Below are positions 37,419 through 47,282 of a stretch of DNA of 64,000 nt, in pieces. A program made the position numbers and the translations under genes. Under the pieces are notes generated by a model. That model worked only from the letters and a program-made list of their open reading frames with translations. It was not told the DNA's origin and did not search any database. How positions within the stretch are numbered: the first letter of the stretch is position 1; each line of letters opens with the position of its first letter. Source of the stretch: a virus (taxonomy: Duplodnaviria > Heunggongvirae > Uroviricota > Caudoviricetes); the IMG/VR virus record IMGVR_UViG_3300020718_000011, positions 1-64,000 of that record, one strand, 5' to 3'.

Positions 37419-37802
37419 ATGGCAGGAATTACATGGCTAATTGATACGGATCAATATACAAACAAACAATTAAAAAAATTGTCGGGTATACTTTATGATT
37501 ATGACTACTCTATCTCTAAACATATAGATCAAGAATTAGAGCAAAGAGCAGCTAAGGAAGAAGAATCCAAACGAATCCGAGATCAGGTAGCAAAAGTAGA
37601 GGCTGAAGAGGCAAAGAAACACCAGAGTAAAAAAGGAGAAGGTGGTATACCACTGGGGAGAAAACCAAAATGGACACCAGAAGCTATTCGCATAGAAGCA
37701 GTTAAACACAAACTTCGTTCAGATTTTTCGAAGGGAGCACCTGGTGCTTATTCGGCAGCTAAAGGTTTTGGAATGATGGAAGAATTATTTCCACTAAAAT
37801 AA
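37419..37802 (+). CDS. hypothetical protein, possible C-terminal HTH
   Basis: GRKPKWTPEAIRIEAVKHKLRSDFSKGAPGAYSAAKGFG loosely resembles transposase_8/InsN-type HTH; weak. Confidence 0.35.
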   Translation: MAGITWLIDTDQYTNKQLKKLSGILYDYDYSISKHIDQELEQRAAKEEESKRIRDQVAKVEAEEAKKHQSKKGEGGIPLGRKPKWTPEAIRIEAVKHKLRSDFSKGAPGAYSAAKGFGMMEELFPLK

Positions 37803-37810
37803 CAATAAAA

Positions 37811-38230
37811 ATGGCTAGAAGTAAATATAAAGAAATAAAAGACGCATCCCCATATTTTATTTTCTCTTTTGTGTTAATGATATTAACATTTTTGTTTATA
37901 ATTATAACTAAAGAAGAAAAAATGGAAATAAGTCATACCAGCTTATTCAAGTTAATTATTACTATTTCCCTTCTTTTTTCTATTTTTCTATTTTCAATAG
38001 GGGAATCATATGATCCAACATTAGATAGTGAGTATACCAAACTTAATCATATAAAGGATGGATTGGATTTTTTAATTGATGGTGATATAAGAAATTATAT
38101 AGAAACATCTCACAAATATTCTATTCCTAATTATGATAATTTAGTATTGAATTTAGCTAAAAAGAAAGGAATTGGGTTAAACATACTTAGAAAAAGAATT
38201 AAAGCTTCCAAAATATTAAATAGAAAATAA
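37811..38230 (+). CDS. membrane protein, weak member of the LLKRK C-tail family
   Basis: Two N-terminal TM helices; C-terminus GIGLNILRKRIKASKILNRK. Confidence 0.45.
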   Translation: MARSKYKEIKDASPYFIFSFVLMILTFLFIIITKEEKMEISHTSLFKLIITISLLFSIFLFSIGESYDPTLDSEYTKLNHIKDGLDFLIDGDIRNYIETSHKYSIPNYDNLVLNLAKKKGIGLNILRKRIKASKILNRK

Positions 38231-38253
38231 TTTATAAAAGTAGTATTGGATAG

Positions 38254-38706
38254 TTATTTATTAGAATTTTCTACATCTTCTAATTTCTTGAGTATATCCA
38301 GCATCATTTGATTCTGATTAGCTATCATTTCATTTTGGTTCTCAAGATGTTTTAGAATTGTTTCTACTTCTAACTCTGCTTTTTTGTTTATTTCAAAGTC
38401 TTCATCCGCCCTGGCTTCTGAATGGGCTGATTGTAGATTTTGTCCTATCATAATTAATGGTAGGAGTACCAATTGTAATAGAGATGAAGAGATAAACATA
38501 ATCACCGTCATTGTTGCAGGAAAAGCAACAGGAATCATTGTTAGGATAATAGTAAAGATAAAGAACCCGAATGTACCAACCTTACTTACAATCCACAAAG
38601 CAACCTTATTACCAATTGACATCCCTTCCCTTTGTTGGATATTAATATTTCTTATTGGTTCAATAATTGCTTTTATCTCATCAACACTTTTTGTTTTTTG
38701 GAACAT
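38254..38706 (-). CDS. membrane protein with C-terminal coiled coil
   Basis: Two TM helices then QNLQSAHSEARADEDFEINKKAELEVE..; the DUF1003 comparison is from memory and not an HMM hit. Confidence 0.4.
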   Translation of the reverse strand: MFQKTKSVDEIKAIIEPIRNINIQQREGMSIGNKVALWIVSKVGTFGFFIFTIILTMIPVAFPATMTVIMFISSSLLQLVLLPLIMIGQNLQSAHSEARADEDFEINKKAELEVETILKHLENQNEMIANQNQMMLDILKKLEDVENSNK

Positions 38707-39004
38707 AATTTTCTTTTATATTTTTAGTTTATTTTATTTAAAAGTTTCTCCTTGGACTATGGATTACATATTTGTTAAATCGTCTATTCCTTTCCAAAAT
38801 TCTATAGTCTAATAAAGGTAAGGGAACTAAATATATACATAATAAATAAAATTCTTTAATAAATATAATATGATACTCATTAACATTATTTATATACTAT
38901 CCGGGATTTCCTTCTCAACCTGGTTTATGAAGGAAGCTATTTATGACCAGTTTGGAAAATAGCTTTAATTCATTTAAAAATGATATAAAATATGCCCTTG
39001 GAAT

Positions 39005-39048
39005 GCACTTTTGGTCGATTTTAAGCATGAAATTTTAAATCCAAAATT
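39005..39048. repeat. intergenic element copy 2
   Basis: gcacttttggtcgattttaagcatgaaattttaaatccaaaatt; inverted ends ttttgg/ccaaaa. Confidence 0.55.
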
Positions 39049-39141
39049 ATTTTTAATATAAATCATTAGGGAGAAGAAATAGGATTGCTAACAAGCAACT
39101 ATATTAATTTAGTTATTTTTTAGCTATCTAGGTTTGGCCAA

Positions 39142-39717
39142 TTATTTTCTTAGTAATAATTTGGCTGCCCTTATTCTTTTTTCTATTCCTCCCAAATCTC
39201 CCCCTTCTTGAACCCACTTATCTTTAATTCTTTCTTCCCAATCTCTTATAAAAAATCCATTAAATATATCTACGTATTTACTTAAATTTGTTTTCAAAAG
39301 AGTTAAAGCATAATCCACATATAGTTCTTTATATTCTTCTGAATTGATAAGTTCCCAGAAACTACCCTTCGTATCTTGGCCATTATAATATTCCTCTTTC
39401 CATCTTGGTCCATAACCATATAGTTCATTTAGTTCCCCCGGATTTTTTTTACTTATTCTATAAGTAACAATTGTATCAACCCCATTCATTGGAGCATATA
39501 AACAAAATATATTCTCTCCCGTATAGTAATACCCCCATAATTTTTTACCCATTTCTCCATTTTTTGGTAAAATAAATTCTAATTGAGGATTTTTATCAAA
39601 CATTTCCTCAATCTCTGGGTATTGATTTAAAAAAGCCCAAAAATCATCAATTTGGGTAAACATATTCATTATGGGAGGATTAATAGACAACTCCTCATAT
39701 AGTTTTAAATGCTTCAT
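39142..39717 (-). CDS. MKxLK / LLLRK C-tail family protein
   Basis: Track ORF extends to 39882; the internal Met gives the family N-terminus MKHLKLYEEL and has an ATATATA box upstream; C-terminus GGIEKRIRAAKLLLRK. Confidence 0.5.
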   Translation of the reverse strand: MKHLKLYEELSINPPIMNMFTQIDDFWAFLNQYPEIEEMFDKNPQLEFILPKNGEMGKKLWGYYYTGENIFCLYAPMNGVDTIVTYRISKKNPGELNELYGYGPRWKEEYYNGQDTKGSFWELINSEEYKELYVDYALTLLKTNLSKYVDIFNGFFIRDWEERIKDKWVQEGGDLGGIEKRIRAAKLLLRK

Positions 39718-39996
39718 TATCCTTATATATTTCAATACTCCTTGGATAAATACTACCATGAAACATCTTTTAGAATGGGTAAAATATGTTAAGATCCATC
39801 GGAGGGATTTCGATCCGCCTAGAAGGATTAAATATGTCAAACCATATAATGATTTAGTACAGGATAAGGAATACGAAACCACATTTAAACATAAATCTCC
39901 AATAGACCATAAATGGTATTATCATATACCAGAATTAAATGGAGCATATAGAACTAATGCTTTTGTGGATATTTCGGTATAAATGACTTTAACATA

Positions 39997-40045
39997 TCTT
40001 TAACAAAGCTCTTCAATGCCATTCAGAATAAATGTCATATATTTG
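39997..40045 (+). promoter_or_regulatory. class-A phage promoter (variant)
   Basis: atctttaacaaagctcttcaatgccattcagaataaatgtcatatatttg; TATATTTG box; upstream of small ORF 40062. Confidence 0.45.
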
Positions 40046-40061
40046 CCTAAAGATAAATTGT

Positions 40062-40244
40062 ATGAACATACTCATATACGTTTGCCAAAAGGATATGATT
40101 ATCCCATTTGTTGATACTGACAGGGGAGGGGCAAAGAAGGATCCTACTTATAAAGGGATTAATAAAGGGATTTTATCGTTAAAGTTGATGGCAATCTTTG
40201 GTGGAAACCCGAAAAACAAGGAGATTCATTTCATTCACAGGTAG
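40062..40244 (+). CDS. small hypothetical protein
   Basis: Track ORF 40032-40244 begins inside promoter element 39997-40045; trimmed to Met MNILIY. Confidence 0.3.
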   Translation: MNILIYVCQKDMIIPFVDTDRGGAKKDPTYKGINKGILSLKLMAIFGGNPKNKEIHFIHR

Positions 40245-40298
40245 CTTCATTGGATGATATGCTAGATAACGAAGAATGGTTTAAAAGGAATTATTAAT

Positions 40299-40484
40299 AT
40301 GATCTGGATTATAATAGGAATATGGACTATAATAGCTATCGTCACAATGGCTATTACAAAGAACGAAAGACAAAAAAGTCAATTAATGAAAAATCACATG
40401 TGGTTATATAAAATATTAACTCTACCAATACAGATAGTGTTATTATTAATATTTGTTATAATTATACTATTTTCAGAAACATAA
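40299..40484 (+). CDS. small membrane protein
   Basis: 61 aa, two TM helices (IIGIWTIIAIVTMAI.., IQIVLLLIFVIIILF). Confidence 0.3.
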   Translation: MIWIIIGIWTIIAIVTMAITKNERQKSQLMKNHMWLYKILTLPIQIVLLLIFVIIILFSET

Positions 40485-40590
40485 AATTTAAAAATATGGG
40501 AAAGATAATAATGTTAGGCTTGATAGTAATAATTTTCCTTGTAGTTGCTTGGAAGAATGGATGGTTAAAAAACAATGGTGATGATAATAT

Positions 40591-41343
40591 TTGGCATTAA
40601 AAATAATTAGAATTTTTATGTTGTCTTGGTTCAAAAAATTTGGGGGAAAAGATAATTCACCTAAACCGGATTTAAGTGAATTATTTACTAGTAAAAAATA
40701 TCAGGATATCTTTCAATTGTTTGGAATCCATAGGGTGTATACGCCTGAAAAGATTAAGGATGATCCGAAAAATAAAGAGATGGGATGCTTAAAAATTGGG
40801 TGGTATTATTGTTATGAATTAGATAATGGAATTCTGGAAAATCCAGCCCTTTGGGGATTATTTTATCCTTTACTATTTCCAATTAAAGAAGCAGAAACTT
40901 TACAATTTGCTTCTATTATAGTTTATGGAAAAGAGAAGCGACGCCATATTATAAATAAGGCAACTCAAAGTATTACTGTTGGCCCTGCTTCTATAGAAGA
41001 ATTGGAAATGGCTATTTCCATACATTTCATTATGTGTATGAATGATCTAATAGAAAAGGGTAATATAATAAATTATTCCTGTATACCAAATCTAATTTAT
41101 GTTAGGATGATTGAGCATTGTTTATTATATCCCACTAGACCAGATGGATATAATCCGGTTGGAGTATTAATCTCAACATTGAATTCCTGTATACAAAAAG
41201 GAGATATATTGGATTATAAACATATAATAAAACAATCAGAAAAAATATGTACTAGTGATACTATTATCTCAGGAATCCAGGATATTAAAAGAATGGAGAA
41301 CTTAACAAAAGCGCACTCCCTCCTAAAAAGGAAACATAAATAA
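40591..41343 (+). CDS. KLTKAxxLLKRK C-tail family protein
   Basis: C-terminus GIQDIKRMENLTKAHSLLKRKHK; the IS element begins just after its stop; the true start may be Met-10 (MLSWFKKF). Confidence 0.5.
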   Translation: MALKIIRIFMLSWFKKFGGKDNSPKPDLSELFTSKKYQDIFQLFGIHRVYTPEKIKDDPKNKEMGCLKIGWYYCYELDNGILENPALWGLFYPLLFPIKEAETLQFASIIVYGKEKRRHIINKATQSITVGPASIEELEMAISIHFIMCMNDLIEKGNIINYSCIPNLIYVRMIEHCLLYPTRPDGYNPVGVLISTLNSCIQKGDILDYKHIIKQSEKICTSDTIISGIQDIKRMENLTKAHSLLKRKHK

Positions 41344-41346
41344 CTA

Positions 41347-42314
41347 TATAGGTATAGGCGTTTAGATCGCAATGCTGTAGCTTTGCCTTATGGAGAGGCG
41401 AATTACCTTTGCAGGTGTGAATTCAATTATGTTCCACCAACGGTTTAAAACAGACGACGACTGCCTGGAATATTTATCTGGCGTTAAATGGGAGAATGGA
41501 TTTAGCTGTAAGAGATGCAACAATGATAAATATTGTGCTGGTAAAAAGCCGTTCAACAGACGATGTACCAAATGTCGGTATGAGGAAAGTCCAACATCGG
41601 GTACTATGTTTGACAAGGTTAAATTTTCAATTTTAAAGGCATTTCACATTGCTTTTAAAATAAGTACAAAGAAGAAAGGGATGTCCAGTTTAGAGTTAAG
41701 CAATGAGTTTGACCTGCGCCAAAAGACTTGTTGGGAGTTTAAATGGAAACTACAGCAGGCCATGGCAAGCAGTCTAAAATACCCTTTAACAGGAACGGTA
41801 CACGTAGATGAGTGTTACATTGGGGGCCCCGAAGAGCAAAAAAGAGGTAGAAGTAAAGGCGATAAAAAACTCATTGTTTTAGTATTAGAGATTATTGATG
41901 GTGGTGTAGGCAGAGCATATGCTGAAGTGATAGAACATTCATCGGCTAAAGAATTGGGCGCATTTTTGAGGAAATATGTATCCAAGGATGCAAAGATTAT
42001 ATCGGATGAATGGCTCGGTTATACTCCCTTAAAAACAGAATTTACGAAATTGGAGCAAGTGGCATCGGATGACGGAAAAAACTTTAAAGACATACACATT
42101 CATATAATGAATATAAAAAGCTGGTTAAGAGGTATTCACCACCATTGCAGTAAGGAACGTATTCAAGGATACCTGGATGAATATCACTTTAGATATAACA
42201 GAAGACAAAAAATGGGGGTAATCTTTGATTCCCTTATAAAACGAATGGTCAAAAATGATCCAATACGCTTGTTATCAAAGGATTGATATTGCGACCTAAG
42301 TGCCTATACCTATA
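41347..42314 (+). mobile_element. IS1595-family insertion sequence (about 970 bp)
   Basis: Single transposase ORF flanked by 13-bp terminal inverted repeats TATAGGTATAGGC (41347-41359) / GCCTATACCTATA (42302-42314), and ACTA immediately outside both ends (candidate 4-bp target duplication). Confidence 0.65.
41390..42286 (+). CDS. IS1595-family transposase
   Basis: N-terminal zinc ribbon (CKRC...CTKC) and the hallmark VDECYIGGPEE (DEtyIGG) of ISXO2-like/IS1595 DDE transposases. Confidence 0.75.
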   Translation: MERRITFAGVNSIMFHQRFKTDDDCLEYLSGVKWENGFSCKRCNNDKYCAGKKPFNRRCTKCRYEESPTSGTMFDKVKFSILKAFHIAFKISTKKKGMSSLELSNEFDLRQKTCWEFKWKLQQAMASSLKYPLTGTVHVDECYIGGPEEQKRGRSKGDKKLIVLVLEIIDGGVGRAYAEVIEHSSAKELGAFLRKYVSKDAKIISDEWLGYTPLKTEFTKLEQVASDDGKNFKDIHIHIMNIKSWLRGIHHHCSKERIQGYLDEYHFRYNRRQKMGVIFDSLIKRMVKNDPIRLLSKD

Positions 42315-42649
42315 ACTATATTAATGTATTCCAAAAAGTTGCATAAGCATATCATCCGTTATTTCATTATTTCCCTTTGGTAATGGCTTATCTTCTTTAT
42401 ATGTTTCGACTAAAATTTTTTCAACCTTATAAACAATCTTCTCTTTTTGTTTTCACAAATTAGCTCATGTAGTCTTAACATTTCGTCATCTGTTGACATG
42501 TGTTTAACCCATCTTTTGGCATTATCCATGGATTCCTTATTGCTCTTAGCTGTATTAGCAACATCCCAACAAAACTGCATGCACTCCCCTTACATTTTAA
42601 TTGAGTACAAATCTATCCTATACTCTTGGGGAAGGATTAAATAATTAAT

Positions 42650-43048
42650 ATGGATTATAAATTAATAGCATACGAAAATAATATTCGCCTTACAGAGATT
42701 GGAGAATATGACGATGATGCTAATGAGTATCTAAACAGGAGTAGTTGCTGTGGTCATCTATATGGTGGGGAAGCAGAAATTATTTTGGGTGTTTATGAAG
42801 ACCAGGAATTAAAAGACCTTTCTTTCCTACATGAATTTGCCCATGTAAAATATACTTATTCTGATTGGAGTATTAATCACATACTAACTAGATATGAATG
42901 GGAGCTCCAAGTTTGGAATAATACTTATAAACTAGCCAATGAATATAAGTTCTATATTTCCCCTAATGCAATGAGATGGGCACATGAACAATTAGCTACC
43001 TATATAGGTTGGGAAGAAAGAGAAATTCGTAATTACAAAAGATATTAG
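42650..43048 (+). CDS. hypothetical protein
   Basis: 132-aa ORF. Confidence 0.45.
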   Translation: MDYKLIAYENNIRLTEIGEYDDDANEYLNRSSCCGHLYGGEAEIILGVYEDQELKDLSFLHEFAHVKYTYSDWSINHILTRYEWELQVWNNTYKLANEYKFYISPNAMRWAHEQLATYIGWEEREIRNYKRY

Positions 43049-43049
43049 A

Positions 43050-43313
43050 ATGCCATATATTAAACAAGAACAACGTCCAGAATTAGACGAAGCATTAAAA
43101 CCATTGATAGCAGCATTGAAAGCATCTGAAATGGATCAAGTAGATGGTAAATTAAACTATTCTATTACCAGAATACTAAAAGCAGTATATCCACGAAGCT
43201 ATTTCTCTATGAATAGGGCTCTTGGTGTATTGACTGCTATCCAATTAGAGTATTACAGAAGGGACGTAGCCCCTTACGAAGAGATTAAGGTTCGTGAAAA
43301 TGGTGATTTATAA
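43050..43313 (+). CDS. hypothetical protein
   Basis: 87 aa; 1-nt spacing upstream. Confidence 0.4.
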   Translation: MPYIKQEQRPELDEALKPLIAALKASEMDQVDGKLNYSITRILKAVYPRSYFSMNRALGVLTAIQLEYYRRDVAPYEEIKVRENGDL

Positions 43314-43321
43314 TTTTATAA

Positions 43322-43378
43322 TTTTTTTAACATTTGTAATTTTTTTAGTCAGATAATTTTGTTTATATTTGTATGAAC
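43322..43378 (+). promoter_or_regulatory. class-A phage promoter
   Basis: ttttttaacatttgtaatttttttagtcagataattttgtttatatttgtatgaa; drives 43398. Confidence 0.55.
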
Positions 43379-43397
43379 ATTAAATTTATAAAAAACT

Positions 43398-43775
43398 ATG
43401 AGCGATCCAAAAAACAAAAGGTCCAGCATTGGTTACTCTAAAGCGGACGACAAAATTATCAAGGAGCACGTAGCTGCTAATCCTGGTAACAAACAGGCAG
43501 CATTCAAATCCGCTGCCGCTATAATTGCCCGGAAATGGACGTCGATAAGCGCCCATTACTATGCACAGTTAGTAAAAAGTAAGAAGAACAAACCAAATGC
43601 TACATCAATTCCCACCCTAACAACTACACACGAACCCCAGGTACGTGTTATCCGAAGGGCTAAAAAGGGATACCCCGAACAGGAGATTGACCTCGGTGAG
43701 GTAGCTCTTTCCCTAATAATCCCAAAACTCAGCCAAAAGGCCAAGGCATCGCTTATCCGTAAGCTCCTGGCCTAA
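43398..43775 (+). CDS. basic hypothetical protein
   Basis: 125 aa, Lys/Ala-rich; preceded by promoter 43322-43378. Confidence 0.45.
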   Translation: MSDPKNKRSSIGYSKADDKIIKEHVAANPGNKQAAFKSAAAIIARKWTSISAHYYAQLVKSKKNKPNATSIPTLTTTHEPQVRVIRRAKKGYPEQEIDLGEVALSLIIPKLSQKAKASLIRKLLA

Positions 43776-43863
43776 TTAGTACTGAGCCTCTAAATAATGG
43801 AGTTCCCTAAAAAGGCTCCATTATTTAGTGTAAATGTATATGGGTTTCATCATATATACTTAT

Positions 43864-44541
43864 ATGAAGAACCTACTATTACTATTTGGGTTTATATTCC
43901 TAAGCCTGATAGCTTGCTCGTCCAAAAGAAGCTTTACGAAAGCAGTTCAAAAATCAACAAATTCGGTAGTAAGAGTAGTAGTCTATCTTCGAAATCCAAA
44001 TAACGATTCATTACAGGTTTACAAAATAGGATCAGCAATAGTAATCAAGAAGGAAGGATATATTGTTACCTGTAATCATATTATAGAATGTGCAGATAGT
44101 ATATTAGTGATAGCTAAATCTGATACACTAACTGCAAAAATAGTAAATCATAATCCTAAATTAGATATAGCTCTTCTAAAAGTTCATCAAGTCTCAAACT
44201 TGATCCCTATTAATATAGGAACTTCTAAATATTTAGAAGTCGGAGAACCAATTTTAAATATTGGATATCCTCTTTACTTAGGTAAAACAGTTACTTCCGG
44301 AATTGTTAGTGCAAGAATGAAATACCCAGATACTACTGTAGTTAATATGACTTATATCCAAACAGATGCAGTACTCAACCCCGGTAATTCTGGAGGAGCA
44401 CTTGTTAATATTGATGGAGAGTTAGTAGGAATAAATGGTATGCTCGTATCAATGACAGGATACTACATTGGATATTCCTTTGCAATTCCTATTGATGAAG
44501 TTCTTCCTACTTTAAATAAATGGATAGAGAAGGATAAGTAA
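43864..44541 (+). CDS. trypsin-like (S1) serine protease, lipoprotein
   Basis: MKNLLLLFGFIFLSLIACSS signal/lipobox; TCNHII..(His), DIALLKV (Asp), NPGNSGGALVN (Ser) catalytic-triad motifs in S1/HtrA order; start trimmed from 43834. Confidence 0.75.
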   Translation: MKNLLLLFGFIFLSLIACSSKRSFTKAVQKSTNSVVRVVVYLRNPNNDSLQVYKIGSAIVIKKEGYIVTCNHIIECADSILVIAKSDTLTAKIVNHNPKLDIALLKVHQVSNLIPINIGTSKYLEVGEPILNIGYPLYLGKTVTSGIVSARMKYPDTTVVNMTYIQTDAVLNPGNSGGALVNIDGELVGINGMLVSMTGYYIGYSFAIPIDEVLPTLNKWIEKDK

Positions 44542-44739
44542 CTTAAAGTGATTCCCTTAGAGCTTTAACTACTGCCTGTGTATGGGCTATTGTCTTTAAT
44601 CTCTTTACTTGATTGCTCCTATTTGGTTTTGGTGATTTGGGTGCCTTCTTTGCTTTTGCCATTGGATAAAATAATATTAGGCTATTTATCCTGATATTGC
44701 CTTGTTATTATTTTTACCATTCTATATACTAATTATATT

Positions 44740-45540
44740 TTAAAAAATTCCTTCTGGGTCTTCATCATCAGGAAGCCTATTGTCTAAATTCATAATTCGT
44801 AGATTCTCCTGATTCTTTAGTTCAATTCTTTCTGCTCTAGATAATACAACAGGACTATTCCTTTTCATTAAGTTTGCAGCAGCTGATAATTTTTTAGCTC
44901 TTTGAACATTCAATTTATTAAGTTCGGATGGTAATATTTTATTTTGGTCTATTAATTCCTTAAAAATAACTTCATAATTAATTAGAACCCCTGAATCTAT
45001 CATCTTTTTAATTGGACCTATCGCCATATCAGCGGAGTCAGGAAGTAACCAAATAAGTATATTTTTCGAAATTGGATTATCCCAAAATATTTTTTGGGAT
45101 AATAAATCTATAAATCCTATACCATTTTCTTTCATTGCAGTAATCTTATTCCTGTTATAGGTTCTTTTATTTTCATATCCATAAGCTACATTAGGATCAT
45201 TATCATTCTTAACCTTATTTAATTCAACTGCCGCCTGGTAGTAAACAAATTTACGAATACTAGTATTCCAATCATCTAAGGTTTCCATTTTAAGCCCATT
45301 AAGAATAATATACCTATCCTCTATTCTACCCTTCTTAGGGTAAAAAATATAAGTTCTTCCCATCAAATTTTCGTCTTTATGAAAAAATTCTACCTTTCTA
45401 GCACCAGAACCAGTCTCCTTATAAGGGACAAATCTCATTTCAAAACCTTTCCATACATCTTTCATGGCTGGAAGATTATTAAGTTGTTCGATAGTAGGAA
45501 TACTATCCCAATTTTCCGTTAATGGTATTAAATGTTTCAT
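44740..45540 (-). CDS. MKxL family-like protein with C-terminal extension
   Basis: Internal start gives MKHLIPLTENW; QRAKKLSAAANLMKRN tail motif followed by a 40-aa extension. Confidence 0.45.
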   Translation of the reverse strand: MKHLIPLTENWDSIPTIEQLNNLPAMKDVWKGFEMRFVPYKETGSGARKVEFFHKDENLMGRTYIFYPKKGRIEDRYIILNGLKMETLDDWNTSIRKFVYYQAAVELNKVKNDNDPNVAYGYENKRTYNRNKITAMKENGIGFIDLLSQKIFWDNPISKNILIWLLPDSADMAIGPIKKMIDSGVLINYEVIFKELIDQNKILPSELNKLNVQRAKKLSAAANLMKRNSPVVLSRAERIELKNQENLRIMNLDNRLPDDEDPEGIF

Positions 45541-45620
45541 ATATGAGGACATTTCAGTCCATTTAATTATATTCTATAAAGTAAGATACCTATCAAAATG
45601 GTTATAGGTTATTAAAAAAC

Positions 45621-46559
45621 TTATTTTCTCCTTAGTAGATGGAATGCCTTTGTTAATTTTTTTGCCCGTATCATATCATCACCATAGAACTTAACCTTTG
45701 GATATTCCTTTAACATCTCTATATAATCACAAAGGATACCATTCCTAATACCTTTATCGAAAAGATCCTGTAAATTAATACCCATTTTAATTAAGTCCTG
45801 TTCATTGTTACCAAGATCCGGTAACATCTTAAGCATAACACTATAGTATATTTCTACTATATCTTTAGGCCTATTAACCAATTGGATTAATTCTTCCTTT
45901 CTTTTTCCCAATTGGATTAAAGAATAAGTAATACTTCCATGATTTTTCTTTACGAATTCTTCCATATTAGATATAACTATTGGTCGTATACTATCTAATA
46001 AGACCTTTTTATCTATTCCAATGAATCCAACGATGTCATCCAACTTCATTTTAACCTGTCTTGGCCCATCTCTTACTATAATAATCTTCGTATACCCTTC
46101 AAAGTATCCAAGGAAAATGGGATTTAATGATTCTAATAATTCCTCTTTTGTAAATCCAAGAGTAATAAATCCATTGATATGATCTCCCAATGCTACTAGA
46201 CCGGCATGGGTATTAATTACCATCTGGGCATATTGTACAAGACTTGTTGTTACAAGCCCTTTAATTTTTTCTACCAATTCTCTTTCGGCAAAACCTAAAC
46301 TAATATATTCATTTTCCTTATTTTTTAAGGAATCTATTTTTTCGCCGTTGATAATAACGCTTTTGGCTTCCTTTGCAAAATCATTAAATACTAAATCCCT
46401 GATACCAGATAGTAATTTATCCCTATTAGCCCCATTTTTAATATAACCATTAATTTTTGCACGAAGAAGGCCGATCTTACCAAGGCCATTTGTGGTCTTA
46501 AAGAAGCTACGCAACTCATCAACATAGTCTATATCTTTATAGAACTTCAAATTCTTCAT
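45621..46559 (-). CDS. MKxLK / KLTKAxxLLRRK family protein with internal repeats
   Basis: N-terminus MKNLKFYKDIDY; C-terminus DDMIRAKKLTKAFHLLRRK; internal GFTKEELLESL.. repeats shared with 47579-48385. Confidence 0.55.
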   Translation of the reverse strand: MKNLKFYKDIDYVDELRSFFKTTNGLGKIGLLRAKINGYIKNGANRDKLLSGIRDLVFNDFAKEAKSVIINGEKIDSLKNKENEYISLGFAERELVEKIKGLVTTSLVQYAQMVINTHAGLVALGDHINGFITLGFTKEELLESLNPIFLGYFEGYTKIIIVRDGPRQVKMKLDDIVGFIGIDKKVLLDSIRPIVISNMEEFVKKNHGSITYSLIQLGKRKEELIQLVNRPKDIVEIYYSVMLKMLPDLGNNEQDLIKMGINLQDLFDKGIRNGILCDYIEMLKEYPKVKFYGDDMIRAKKLTKAFHLLRRK

Positions 46560-46580
46560 TACTCTATTTATCCATTATGT

Positions 46581-47075
46581 TTAGTGCAATATATGTAGTA
46601 AAATTGCTAATAGAAGAAGAGAAGAAAGCATACCCAGGGCAAACCAAATAAATTTGGCCAATCGTGGAGTTTTTTTATCCTCTACCTTGATGAGATCACT
46701 ATTTTTAGCATTGATATATTTTTCTAGCGTTTCCTGGTTAACCCCTGCCTTAAGAAGTAATTCCTTTTGAGTTATTAATGAGTTAACAATATCTCTGGAT
46801 ATTACTAGTTGATCCTCGTACTCCTTTTTTGCATAGGTGTATAGAGACTCAATTTTATTGGAAATTTTTCCGAGATCCCTACCCAATTCCTCCAGGTTTT
46901 TGCTATCTAATGGATTAGATTCTTGGAGATTCCAATCGGTTCCATAAGTATTCTTTTCTACTTGAGAAACTAGGGTACCAAGGAATTTTTCTACCTCTTC
47001 TTTGGAATTAAAGTTTCTCGTGATACTTAATTTTAACATGGTATCAGTAAATTTTGATGTTAACAATGAAAACAT
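46581..47075 (-). CDS. tail-anchored coiled-coil membrane protein
   Basis: 164 aa; C-terminal TM helix FIWFALGMLSSLLLLAILLHIL; canonical minus-strand promoter upstream. Confidence 0.45.
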   Translation of the reverse strand: MFSLLTSKFTDTMLKLSITRNFNSKEEVEKFLGTLVSQVEKNTYGTDWNLQESNPLDSKNLEELGRDLGKISNKIESLYTYAKKEYEDQLVISRDIVNSLITQKELLLKAGVNQETLEKYINAKNSDLIKVEDKKTPRLAKFIWFALGMLSSLLLLAILLHILH

Positions 47076-47079
47076 TTAA

Positions 47080-47135
47080 TAATATACAAATGTAATGAAT
47101 TGTTTTGACATAAAAAAATACCAAAAGTTAAAGAT
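47080..47135 (-). promoter_or_regulatory. class-A phage promoter on minus strand
   Basis: Reverse complement reads ctttaacttttggtatttttttatgtcaaaacaattcattacatttgtatatta; drives 47075 and probably 46559. Confidence 0.55.
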
Positions 47136-47282
47136 TTTATAAAGTAGCTTTAATTTATATAAACGATAAAATAGAATATCCATCTATTCCCGAAATTTTA
47201 TAGCAATAAAAAGCAAAGGAAATAGAACGTCTCTTGGTCTTTAAAACCTCTCCTGTTTCTGGATTAAATAAATCTAATGTGC

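Noticed and set aside
40032-40061. First 10 codons of ORF 40032-40244 (MSYICLKINC)
   Set aside because: They are read from the TATATTTG promoter box itself (atgtcatatatttgcc); start moved to Met MNILIY.
42447-42644. ORF 42447-42644 (65 aa) and a 57-codon minus-strand ORF (about 42420-42592) right after the IS element
   Set aside because: Both are short and low-complexity, with no promoter or coupling. The region may be a scar or disrupted leader next to the IS insertion. Neither was called.
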